A stretch of DNA of 64,000 nucleotides from Anthoceros angustus (taxonomy: Eukaryota; Plantae; Anthocerotophyta), in contig MU008220.1 in the NCBI GenBank assembly GCA_010909165.1, positions 1-64,000 on the forward strand, written 5' to 3'. Positions 1 through 11,600 of this stretch are shown here, in pieces (the first letter of the stretch is position 1; each line of letters starts with the position of its first letter). The notes beneath the pieces are model-generated. The model made no database searches and was not told where the DNA came from. It worked only from the letters and a program-made list of their open reading frames with translations. Made by a program: the position numbers and the translations under genes.

Positions 1-48
1 ATTCATACGAGGTAATAAGGAAACCAAGTATTCTATATGGTAAATGTA

Positions 49-1211
49 GTAAAGGAGGAAGGTAGATGGGGAGGAGGTTCGGTACCAAGCCTCCAAAAGT
101 GTTACAAGACTTTTCTTGTAACACTTTATATATTACATGTTGCAATCTTGAGAGAGGACAAAAGCGCCTCTCACTTCATCTCAACAAAATTGCAACACTT
201 GCAACATGGTTGCAACAAACACTCAGTTTGGTTTCCAAGCCAAAGTGTAACAAGCGGCCCAAAAGTGTTACATGACCCCAAAATTGCAACATAAGTGTTA
301 CATCAGGGGTCCAAATCTTAACATAAAAAGTGTAACATAGAGGCCTTTTCTAGTAGGGCTTACCTCCACTTAACAGGCGGGAGGAAGAAGAAAATTGCGG
401 TCGAGCAGGCGGGGAAGTTTCCTGTAGGTGCATACGATGATGAGTAGGAAGTGCCTTACATGGAGGCGGAAAAAGCATAAGCCAGAGCCATACCAAATCT
501 CCTCCGCACTGATCTTGTAGGGGCATAACCTCACGTTGATGCGTCACAATAAGGTGATGAGTGCAGGTGGGGATTAGGCGCTTATGGGGAGCCGATGGCT
601 ATTGTGACGTGGGAAGGACAAACCGCATAGCCGGCATGCTATAAAATGGGGGTATAAAGGCGTCGCTATTTACACGTAGTAAATACAAAGTACCGTACCA
701 TGAATAATATACGGACTGTTGTCATGTATACATCATGTATACAAACTTATTTTATATGGAATTGAATCAGATAGCACTTAGAATAGTATATTACATTTAT
801 CGCCGTAGACTATGTGCATATAGTATAAGGATGTATTAAATACAGTATTTATATATGGTCGTATTGAAGGCGTATCGGGTAACTACCAAGTAAAAGCGTG
901 TATTTCAAAGGGCAAAGTAAAGGAATGGTGGATGGGGAGGAGGTTCGGTACCAAGCCTCCAAAAGTGTTACAAGACCTCTTTTGTAACACTTTAGATGTT
1001 GCAATCATGTTGCAATTTTGAGAGATGACAAAACCACCTCTCTCTTCATCTTAACATAATTGCAACACCATTGCAACATGATTGCAAAAACAGCCGTGGT
1101 ATGGTTTCCAAGTCATAGTGTAACAAGAGGCCCAAAAAGTGTTACATGACCCCAAAATTGCAACATGAGTGTTACATCCAGGGGTCCAAATCTTAACATA
1201 AAGTGTAACAT
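49..1211. repeat. Two ~290-bp direct repeats (49-338 and 917-1211) rich in TGTTRCA/TGYAACA motifs
   Basis: Both start GTAAAGGA...GGGGAGGAGGTTCGGTACCAAGCCTCCAAAAGTGTTACAAG and end AAATCTTAACATAAA(AA)GTGTAACAT. About 11 TGTTRCA-type motifs per copy, in both orientations. Confidence 0.85.
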
Positions 1212-1244
1212 GGGGTGCCCTTTTCTGGCCCAGGGTACCGGGTC

Positions 1245-1860
1245 GGGCTTTGCTCTATCAATCACGAGACGGATGTTGCCTGGCCAAGTGAACATAGCTC
1301 GATATATCTCTCAATCCCTGAAAGCGCATTGGACTGTATAAGAGAACCTTGTTACTTAAAGAGGACGAAATCATACGGACTTCTCTATAGAGGTGATCAC
1401 TCATCCAAACTCACCCTAATCTCCTTCTCGGATGCTGGTACGGGCATGCGACTCACGCCAGGAGGCTAGTCACCCTCTTGCATGATTATCACTTATTTGA
1501 TCTCTTGGGCTGCCAAGAAGATGCGTGACCATCCGCACTCCTTCTCGAGGCCGAGTACGCAACAACAACTCTAGCAGCCAAGGAGATATTGTGGATTTGC
1601 ATTGGTTCACATGACATCGACGACGAAGCAACAGACCCAGCTACTGACAACAATCTGCGATAACTATGACTCATAACCCAGTGCTGCACGCGAGGACCAA
1701 GCATGTGGAGATCCAACATCACTTTTATTTGGCAAGTGGTAGCCAACAAGCGAGTCTCACTCTGTCACATCAACACAAGTGACAATACTGCCGACTTGCT
1801 GACCAAGGGGCTTCCCAAGACGCTTCATGACAAGCACACTGAAGATATCGGGCTGGTGGA
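1245..1860 (+). mobile_element. Ty1/copia RT C-terminus and RNase H fragment, degenerate
   Basis: Translates with frameshifts to CYLKRTKSYGLLY...LISFSDA and LHARTKHVEIQHHF/IWQVVANKRVSLCHINTSDNTADLLTKGL, the canonical Copia RNase H end. Confidence 0.9.
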
Positions 1861-2225
1861 TAGAGAAACTTATCTCGGCTTACGGCTGGGCTCCGCCGTC
1901 AGAGGGGTCAGTCTAGCTCGACCCGGCACTAAGGCGACAGCGGGCCCATCATTGACCACTAGTCAAGGAGGCTGGCAGCGGCCCACACACGCCCTCAACT
2001 TCAGCTCCTCTTCGCCGTTGCTTTGACCCGGACTCTTCTCAACTCTGGTTTTCATCGCTCTGCATTTGGGTACTCCTCCTTGCTCGAGACTTTCAATCTT
2101 TGTGCACACTGCCTGGATCATGTGACTGCATAGGGAGGAAACCACTAAAAGGCTGGCAAGCACACTCAAGACCAGATTCAATCAGGCATGGGAGATGGAG
2201 GCCATGGACCAGCGCCAGGATCCGT

Positions 2226-2484
2226 AGCGAGGGGGAGTGTTGAAGAATTGTCGCACATTCGCCACAGATCGGGGTTTTAGCAATAGGGTTCTGGACCCAA
2301 CTGGCTAGCAGACTTTAGGGCATGTTTCGTGCTTAGGGGCATAAGTGACTAGTTATCAGAGCAGTTGGTATGGTTATCATTCATAATCTGACGATTCACA
2401 TGGTAACTCTGTCTGATGTATGAACAAGTTCGTGTATCAGTAAATTATCGATTCTTATGCATTGCCAGTAATCTTGTGACAACA
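2226..2484 (+). mobile_element. Polypurine tract and probable 3' LTR of the Copia remnant
   Basis: PPT-like GAGGGGGAG immediately followed by TGTTGAAG at 2238. CAACA at 2480-2484 gives TGTTG...CAACA termini. The right end is inferred from the motif only. Confidence 0.6.
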
Positions 2485-3531
2485 TTACGGAAGTACCCTG
2501 CTAACACCCAGTGGAGAGTAAGAGCATGTAAGAGACGATGAGGGTAGGTTCCTTCGTGCCACCCAAGCAACCCAAAACACAGGATAGGTTCCGCCATATA
2601 AACCCTGCCCGCATGGCCGGAAAACTGTGAACACCCGTTCTTGTACCAGTGTACCTGCCATGGACTTGAACAGGGCAGCCTCAACACATCTGGGATATCA
2701 CGGTCAAATTTGGGCTGCCCGAATTGGGCTGGAAGAAAACAAGCCCAGCGCCGTGAAGGCCAAATGAAGGAGAAACGAGAACACACCAATGCTGCCCCCT
2801 AGAAGAAGGGAGATTGAAAACCTCCTGTGTTTAGCATAAATCAGACGGTGGCCTCCACCCTCCTTCGTGATCAAGGACTAGGAATGGCCAAACTCCGCCA
2901 CGAGGTGGGACGTCAAAGCGGGCAGTGGTAAATCCATGTAGACGGTGAACTGTGGGACAAAAAACCAGCCTTTCCCCAGCACAATGTCTTGAGATGTTGT
3001 GGACGACACACCTATGACTTGGAGGCCCCACATAAAGTGGTCTCACAGATCAAACACAGAAGCTGATGCTTGATGCCCAGAGGGAGGCCACCAAAAGTGA
3101 CCCGAGGCTCGTCCAATGAGTCCGAGAGAGATGTTGGAAGGCCAATTTCCGTTCTGTCCTAGCCACAGCCGCATTCCCGGTCCGGAACAATGTCGCCTGC
3201 ATGCGTGTGTTGCCTCCGACGTGTCGACTTCACACTACTTTTGGGCACTCCCCTTAGTGTTTTCTTCCAATCAGGAGTGGAAACTAAAAATAAAAATTTT
3301 TAGCAAAAGCCTCAAATAATCTAATTTACGTGAAAAACCATAGCCCTCTACGGTAATGTGTTTGGAAGGAATTAGCTGGTTTGTTCGGAATAGACAATAG
3401 AAATGAGAAATTCCATGCCCGTTTCCACCATGACATCTGTAAGGACTTGTGGGAAATCGACTTCTTAGGGCTTTCGACTGGCTTGCTAGTCCAGAGCTGC
3501 TCTGGACTTCACACTTGCACAACTAAGGAGG

Positions 3532-5552
3532 ATGGCAGGTGTGGGCCTCAGAAGTCCGCTGCGTTCGGTGCTCATGTCGTGCTCGTCTCTTGCATCCTCT
3601 CCGGCTGCTTTCTACTCATCGGCTTCGTTGGAACCTGCAGCAGCAGCAGCAGCAGTATCCGTGTCGTCAGGTTTGTCGCTTGCAAAACCCATCACCATTT
3701 TGGCTTGTGTGCAATGCACTCAAGATGGTCCCTAGTGCCCTAACTGGAGTGCTCAAGATCGGTGTTTGCCATTTCCAGGTGGAAGCTCAGGCACACGCAC
3801 GGACAGTTCGAAGCGACATGGATGGTCTGTGCTTCTTCTCTTCCTACCTGGAGCCACAACTTTTGGACTGGGGACATGGCAGATGTTTAGGCGGCAGTGG
3901 AAGGTGGGGGTGATGCTGAATTCAGTTGTTCGGGGTAGGTAGGTGATATCGGCTTCTGGAAGGGAGAATTGAATTGTGTTTGTGTGTTGTGTACATGAAT
4001 GACGACATGTCATGAGGTCGGGGGCTCTTGTTGCAGGTTGACATGCTGGAGTACCGGCGAGATAGACTGCAGGAGGATCCAATCCCGGTGTCGGAGTCGG
4101 TGTCTCCGGATGGGGTGGAGTACAGGCAGGTGTGGGCCTCAGAAGTCCGCTGCGTTCGGTGCTCATGTCGTGCCTCGTCTCTTGCATCCTCTCCGGCTGC
4201 TTTCTACTCATCGGCTTCGTTGGAACCTGCAGCAGCAGCAGCAGCAGTATCCGTGTCGTCAGGTTTGTCGCTTGCAAAACCCATCACCATTTTGGCTTAG
4301 TGCAATGCACTCAAGATGGTCCCTAGTGCCCTAACTGGAGTGCTCAAGATCGGTGTTTGCCATTTCCAGGTGGAAGCTCAGGCACACGCACGGACAGTTC
4401 GAAGCGACATGGATGGTCTGTGCTTCTTCTCTTCCTACCTGGAGCCACAACTTTTGGACTGGGGACATGGCAGATGTTTAGGCGGCAGTGGAAGGGGGGG
4501 GTGATGCTGAATTCAGTTGTTCGGGGTAGGTAGGTGATATCGGCTTCTGGAAGGGAGAATTGAATTGTGTTTGTGTGTTGTGTACATGAATGACGACATG
4601 TCATGAGGTCGGGGGCTCTTGTTGCAGGTTGACATGCTGGAGTACCGGCGAGATAGACTGCAGGAGGATCCAATCCCGGTGTCGGAGTCGGTGTCTCCGG
4701 ATGGGGTGGAGTACAGGCAGGTGGTGTGCCGAGGTACTTACGACGACGACAAGTCTCTTTTCGTTGGACCTCGCTCCAGGGTGATATCGGGGGTAACCCA
4801 AAAGGGCTTCATTCTCGTCACTCCTTTGCGTCCTGTGGAGAGAGACAGGTAGGTGTGGGTTTGTTGCCTGGTTGTGCTGCGTGTTTGGCTTGATGACCTA
4901 CCGTAGCCGGGGAAGGGTCTGTCTGAGAGGAGAAGAGAGGTCAACAGGGATTTTGTAATCAGAGCTCTTGTGGTTAGTGTACAGCCAAGTGTGCTGGTGA
5001 ACAGAGGCTGGGTGCCGAGCAGCTGGCAGGCGGGAATGGGAAGGAGGTCGAAAGTCGAGGGGCCGGGGACAGAGGCCGAGGTTGTAAGCGTACGTGGTGT
5101 TGTTCGCAGCAGCGAGCAGCCCAACATGTTCGTCCCCTCCAATGATGCGGAGACTGGGCAGTGGTTTTACATAGACGTGCCCGCAATGGCTAAAGCAGTC
5201 GGACTCCCACAGGCCACAACCCTGCTCATCGAGGCCGTGCAGAGCGAAGCGAAAGAGGAGGCTGCTAGTAGGCTGGAGTTCCCCATTCCAAAGAGCGAAG
5301 AGGCTCTGCTGCAGTGGTCCGTCATGCCCCGGGATCATGTCAACTACGCGCTAACTTGGTACAGAGGCTTACCAGTTACCTCCTTTCCTCTCCTTTCCTG
5401 TGCTGCATGGTATTGCATTGCAAGTGGGGGGTAGGTGTGAAACATGCGCCTGCCTGCCTGCCTCTTGTTGGTGCAGGTATAGTTTGTGTGCTGCCACGAC
5501 CTACATGGCTGTGAAGCGGCTGAGATTAGAGAGAAGAGTGATGAGGAGGTGA
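3532..5552 (+). CDS. SURF1: SURF1/Shy1-like cytochrome c oxidase assembly protein (mitochondrial), spliced, with internal duplication
   Basis: GT-AG exons 3532-3670, 3779-3903, [duplicated 4037-4262 and 4370-4494/4500], 4628-4848, 4978-5358, 5477-5552. They give a transit-like N-terminus, WSVLLLFLPGATTFGLGTWQ, VGPRSRVISG, VLVNRGWVP, FVPSND..TGQWFYIDVPAMA and VMPRDHVNYALTWYSL, matching plant SURF1. Confidence 0.92.
3534..4723 (+). repeat. 591-bp tandem duplication inside SURF1
   Basis: GGCAGGTG occurs at 3534, 4125 and 4716 (period 591). The intervening sequences are near-identical with a few differences. Confidence 0.95.
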
Positions 5553-6465
5553 ACTGAGTGACCCCAAGCGAACGAAGACGACGAGACACAGTGAGGAGGA
5601 AGACGGAGGCGGCGTCCACATTGTCGTCCGAGCACCTGGTTCACCTCGTTCCGCAGGCGCAGCTTCATCATATACCCTAAAGCTTCATAATGCCGAGCCA
5701 CCCTTCGGAGGACATACAGAGCTGCATTGCTATCTGCCTCTGATGAGGCTGATGCCCTATCAACGGCGAGTACCACAGAAACTGCGTCCTTGACTCACGA
5801 AAGTCGGTGACAGTATCGCCTCCTCCGACTTCAACCTGCAACTGATAGGGACTGTGAGCACCAGATGTTCCTATGTGAAATCAGCATCTGGATGCGGTGT
5901 GTGAGCCCTCCTTAGCATCCGCAACATTAACAGGAGCAGCAGCAGCAGCAGAAGCCGGTTAGTGGCCCAGGGCATTTCATGTGCATTACAGACCATTACA
6001 GAATGAAGCGGATGCAAACTCTGTGGGCTATTCACGACGAAAATACCGTCCTTACTGGAATGGAATATGTTTAATGTTTCATCTTGTAGCATCACGTAGG
6101 CGCAGGTCGATCGGACCAAGGGTGCAATCTACAGCTGCACAGTCTAATGGGATGACAAAAACTCTCGTCTCGTCGATTCTTGTTTTTCGCTAGGAGTCGC
6201 GATCCTTTTCCAATTTTTCTTTTGCAGCCCATCTGCATCGGCCACTGGTGTCGGTGCTAGTGCCAGTGCTAGTGCCAGTGCCAGTGCCACCGTAAGTCCC
6301 AGTGCGAGTTCCATGCTCAGAGATTGACCAACGACGAAGTCGGTCGTCGGGCTCTGACCAACCTCCGCAGAGGCAAAGCTAAAGAGCGAGCTGCTCATCA
6401 ACTCACATCGTCAATCTCTGCCGAGGCACAGGCACAGGCACAGGCACAGCTGAGAGCTCGTCAAG

Positions 6466-8381
6466 ATGCCCAAGGGCACGTTGGAGGTGCAGCTGGTGGC
6501 AGCGGAGGGCATCAAGGATGCTGAAATTTCCAGTAACTTCACTTCACCGTGTGTCTCAAATTTTTTTGGTGCAGCTGCCTGCATTCCAGTGATCTCCGAG
6601 CCGACGCCTGATTTTTTGAACGTTGGCAGGCACGTCTGATCCATATGCGCTGTAGAGGTGAATCAAATCATAAGCCAAATCAGGGAGAGCTTCACAGCAA
6701 AAGGTTATTGGACCTGACTACTACGCACATATTTGGGCATTTGGGTTGGGCTGCAGACATAGTACTGACATTCATACACATACATAGGATGATGTGTGTG
6801 ATGTGTGTGATTAGGTCAGATCATGGCACACGGTGTGGAACCAACATTTAACTTTTGACCTGAATCCCGTGTGGAACCAGCATTTCAATTTTGACCTGGA
6901 TCAACACGACAAAAGCTGCGTACCGCATATGACTTACATGTAGGGCCAAGCAAGTACGCAATTAATAATAGTTGCTTACTGGCTTACGGGCTGTAGGTGA
7001 CGTGGATGAAGAAGAAGAAGAATTTTATTTAAGACCACTAAGGACGTCCTGGGACTTGGTACTTAACAACTTGTACCACGGTGTGCCTAAGCTACTTGCA
7101 CCAAGGGCATCTACTCCTTTAGGCACCCCATCTAAGTATCGAGCTCAGGATGCTTAATCACGGCGTTCTTATAAATATGTGTCCATTTGGCCTAAGCCAT
7201 TAGCCATTTGGACACTAGGCCATCGCTTACCGGATGAGTAGGCCATCGCTTAGTAAGCATACTTCGGGTGGATGAGTGGGTTATTCTCTTTCCGTTTTCC
7301 TTTCTTACTTTTTTTTTTCATTCATGTTTTGGTTCGTGCATTTCGCATTTCTTCCATCTTCCTTTTTCCTCTAGGAGCCTTCTGTATCTCCTTTCTTTCA
7401 TGTCTCTCATTTCTTGTCAAAGTTCGTTAGGCTAGCTTGTAGATATTAGTATTCACTCTCTTCTTAACAGTTGACACTGTTAACCCACCATAAGGTTAGG
7501 AGGGAAGGAAGGGAATAAAGTTAAGAATTTGGAATGAGCTACGGGAAATGAGATGACATGGGCATTGTGCCACGGGCGTAGGAGGAAGGGGGGATAGGAA
7601 GAGGGTGGTGGGAGTGCACTTTTAAAGAGGGGAGCATCGTATTTGTTGTGATTATAACATGAGCAGAAGTGCAATTATTTTAATGGTGGCGGCAGGCAAA
7701 GGGCAAGACAAAGAGAGAGAAGTGCACATGTTGACTTGGGTGGTGGTGGGTGACATCAGGCATCAGGCATCAGGCATCAGGCCAAATCCCCTTTTACACG
7801 CAAACCAAGCTAAGCTGCAACTGCAAGCTTTCCTTTCAGTCATCAACACGCCTTCTTCTTCTTTGGCAGCAGGCTGAGGCTCGTGTCCAGCTGCAGCTTA
7901 TCCTCCTCATCCTGCTGCTGCTGCTCCGCCCTACCAAGCTGCTGCCCCTCATCCACAACCACCTACCTCATACCCACCTCACGATCAGGCGCAGGCTAAT
8001 CATCCAGCAGGAGGTTATCCAGCTCAAGCCGACTCACACAGCCAGTATCCTTCTGCTCCGGGGTACGAAGAGAGCCACTACCCTTCGGCCCCGGGGTATG
8101 CCCCTGCCCACGCCCCGTTCCCTACGGTTATCCCCCGGCTCAGCATGAACATTACACCCCAGCAGGCTACCCAGCGTCGGGTGAGCATTATGGCCAGTAT
8201 GCAGAGCGCGGCTAGTACAAAGAGGTCAAGAAAGGCAAAGATAGAAAAAAGGGCAAGAAAAAAGGGATGGAATGGAAGGGCATGAAAGGAGGACGACCAA
8301 GGGACGCACAAGCAGCGGAGACACAACAAGCACCGGCAGCACAAGAAGGGGAAGGACACGAAGGCATCATCCAAGGCTTAG
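6466..8381 (+). pseudogene. C2-domain protein with Pro/Tyr-rich, Lys-rich tail (elicitor-responsive/SRC2-like), disrupted
   Basis: ATG at 6466 gives MPKGTLEVQLVAAEGIKDAE. Later exons give GTSDPYAL* and NPVWNQHFNFDL. 7880-8380 reads PAAAYPPHP...YPSAPGYEESHYPSAPGY...KKGKDRKKGKKKG with frameshifts and stops. Confidence 0.7.
6939..7469. mobile_element. LTR-like insertion inside the C2 gene (possible solo LTR)
   Basis: TG...CA bounded segment with TATAAATA near 7170 and a T-rich tract. It interrupts C2 homology. No target-site duplication found. Confidence 0.3.
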
Positions 8382-8697
8382 TTGCCCTGGGAACGGCAAT
8401 TACCATAGGGATCGTTGAATTGGCTACCGATTAGGTCAGGAATGTTGAAATTCGGCACCAGTGAGATGGCCCAGGCGCTTGTTAGACCACTTACGTACAT
8501 CATCCATACTTGCTGCGTCCTTCCTACTCCGGGGCTGTCTCTCATTTGAGTGTGGTATTAAGAAGCGGCTGATAAGAGCAGAGATCAGAGTGATGAGGTA
8601 GGGGAATGAGGACCCCAAGCACAGAAGTTGGTTGATGGCTTGTTTGCTTGGTTCGTTGGGGAGAAAGAATAAATGCGAATCGAATTGTGTGATACTA

Positions 8698-11600
8698 CTA
8701 TACAGCTGCAACCAAAGGGGTGGAGGGCGCGTTGGTGCAGAAGGCAAGCGCCGTGACGCAGCGCGAGCAAATGGTGGGATGATCGCCAGAAGCGCCGACG
8801 GTGGCGTTGTAGTTCCAGCAGCGCTCGCACTTCCGGCCGGGAGCCCGGGCCACGCCCACCCACAATTGCGAGGACGTGTTACCCGAGTAAGGCACGTCCT
8901 GGGGGGCAGTGGCAGGTGAGGCCAGAATCTGGGCATGCGAGGTGAGGAGGAAGCGGTGGAGGGCGTCAGGGTGATCGGGATGCTCCGACTGCATGGACCT
9001 CAGCCGCCGCAGCAGAGCATCATCCGCCTCACCAGAAGAGACGACGCTGAGGTAGACGGCGGCATCCAGGTTAGCGCCGATGAGCTTCCCGTCCCGCGCC
9101 TGCTCCAGCACCTTGTTCACCTCCTCCCGCAGCCGCAGCAGAGACGCCCACACGCCCACCTCGGCGGCAGGCAGAGCTACCCACGCCGGCTCAGGCTCGG
9201 GCCACCCGGCCAGAAACACCGACTCCCTCTCCCCCTGTTGCAGCCCGGGAGGGAGATGCTGCCAGACATCCTCGGCCAGGTGGGGCAACAGCGGGGCCAT
9301 GGCCCGCGCCAGCCCCAGCAGCTGCGCCGCCAGCACGGTCTGGCACGCCCTGCGCGTGAAGCTCCCCGTCCCGCCTGTGTAGAGCCGGTCCTTGGCCGCG
9401 TCCAGGTAGCTGTTGCTCAGATCCGACACCACGTAGTGCTGCAGCAGCTGGAAGAAGCGGAAGAACTGGAAGCCGTCCAGACACTCCCTCGCAGAACCCA
9501 GCAGCTCCCCGAGCTTGAACAGCGCGAACCGATCCACGGCCGGGAGCTGGCTCCAGCCCACTCCCGAATCCGCCTGCCTGAAGTCGTGGAGGTTGGCCAG
9601 CAGGAACCGCATCGTCCCCCGGAGCTTCCTGTACACCCCAGCCAGCTGCTTCGTGACGGCAGTCCCCATGCTCACATCCGCGGTGTAATCCACGCTCGCC
9701 ACCCACAACCTCAGCACATCAGCCCCCAGCTCCCCCACCAGCGACATCGGATCCAGCACATTTCCGAGAGACTTGCTCATCTTCCTCCCCCGCTCGTCCA
9801 GCACAAAGCCGTGGGTGAGGACCCGGCGGAAGGGAGCCTGCCCTGCTGCCGCCACGCTCGTCAGCAGCGAGCTCTGGAACCAGCCCCGGTGCTGGTCGCT
9901 GCCCTCCAGGTAGAGATCTGCTGGGAATCGGAGCTGGGGCTGCCTTGCTTTCACCACGGCCGCCCACGAAGTCCCCGAATCGAACCACACGTCCATGGTG
10001 TCCTGCCCCGGTTTCCACAAATCCGCCTCCTCCTTGTACCGATCCGGGAGCAGGTCCTTGCTGGTGAGATACCACCAGGCATCCGATCCCCGCTGCGCCA
10101 CCACCCCCTGCACGTGCGCCACCGTCTCGTCCGTCAGGAGGGCTTCCCCGCTTTCGGCGTGGTAGAAGACCGGGATGGGCACCCCCCAGGCCCTTTGCCG
10201 GGAGATGCACCAGTCCCCCCGCCCCTGCGTCATGGAGAGAATCCTGCGCTCCCCGGCCTGCGGCACCCACTCCACCTCCCCAATCGCCTCCACTGCCGCC
10301 TGCCGGAATCCATCCACGGAAGCAAACCACTGCTCCGTGGCCCGCACAATCACCGGCTTCTTGCTCCGCCAGTCGTAGGGGTACTTGTGCTTGTACGCCT
10401 CCTCCAGCAGCAGGATCCCCAGCTCCTCCAGCTCCTTCACCACCTCGGCAGACCCATCTCCCAAAACTTCCAGCCCGGCGAGCTTCTCCCCTGCTTCTTC
10501 CGTGAATTTCCCCTCCCCGTCCACAGGAGAGAGCAGCGGGAGCCCGTACTTGAGCCCTGTGGCGTAGTCCTCCTGCCCGTGCCCTGGAGCAGTGTGCACC
10601 AGCCCAGTCCCGGATTCTGTGGTGATGTAGTCTCCTCCAAGCACAACCGGGAGGAGAAGGCCGTCCTTGTCCTTGTCCTTGTCCGGGGAGGCCAGAGGGT
10701 GGCGGTACCTGCAGTGCTCCAGGGCCTTGCCCAGCATGGTGCCCTTCACCTCCAGCCGGGCTCCCCACTTGGCCTCCAGCCTGCCCACCAGCTCTGCTGC
10801 CACCACCAGGTAGAGGAATCTGCATCGGGGCCAGTTCTGGACTTCCACCACAGCGTAGTGGAGATCCCCGTTCACGGCCACAGCAGCGTTGGCCGGGAGG
10901 GTCCAGGGGGTAGTGGTCCAGACGGCCACTCCCAGCTGCCCCTGCTGGGCCAGCGGCTTCAGATCTACCGGGAAGCCATCTCCCACCTGTTGCACCTCCA
11001 TGGCCACGTACACGCTGCGGGAGACGTGGTCCTCGCTGTACTCCAGCTCCGCCTCGGCCAGGGCGGTGCCCGAGGACGGGCTCCAGTACACGGGCTTGCG
11101 GCCGCGGTAGATGTGGCCCTTGAGGGCCATGGCGCCGAAGACGCCGATCTGAGCGGCCTCGTACTCCGGGGAGAGGGTGAGGTAGGCGTGCTCCCAGTCG
11201 CCCCACACGCCCATGCGCTTAAAGCTCTTGCGCTGCTGCTCCACCGTCTTGAGGGCGAACTGGGCGGCCTTCTTGCGGAGCTTCATGGGGGTGAGCTCCT
11301 TGCGGGTCTCCGAGTCCATGGACTGCAGCACCTTGAGCTCGATGGGGAGGCCGTGGCAGTCCCACCCGGGCACGTAGTGCACCTTGCGGCCCCGCAATAG
11401 CTGGTATCGGTTGATGAAGTCCTTGAGGATCTTGTTGAGGGCGTGGCCCATGTGCACTTCCCCGTTGGCGTAGGGAGGCCCGTCGTGGAGAGTGAAGGTC
11501 TCCCCTTGGTTCCCTTCGCATACTCGCTTCCACACCTGCTTCTCCTCCCACACCCTTTGGATTTCCGGCTCCCGCACCGCCGAGTTGGCCTTCATGCTGA

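Noticed and set aside
8078-8374. Cys-rich hydrophobic minus ORF as a CYSTM-like membrane protein
   Set aside because: It is the antisense of the Lys/Glu-rich tail of the plus-strand C2 gene remnant.
8935-11400. 821-aa plus-strand ORF and other long ORFs overlapping IleRS
   Set aside because: Antisense or alternate-frame shadows expected from strong G/C third-position bias. They contain no recognisable motifs.
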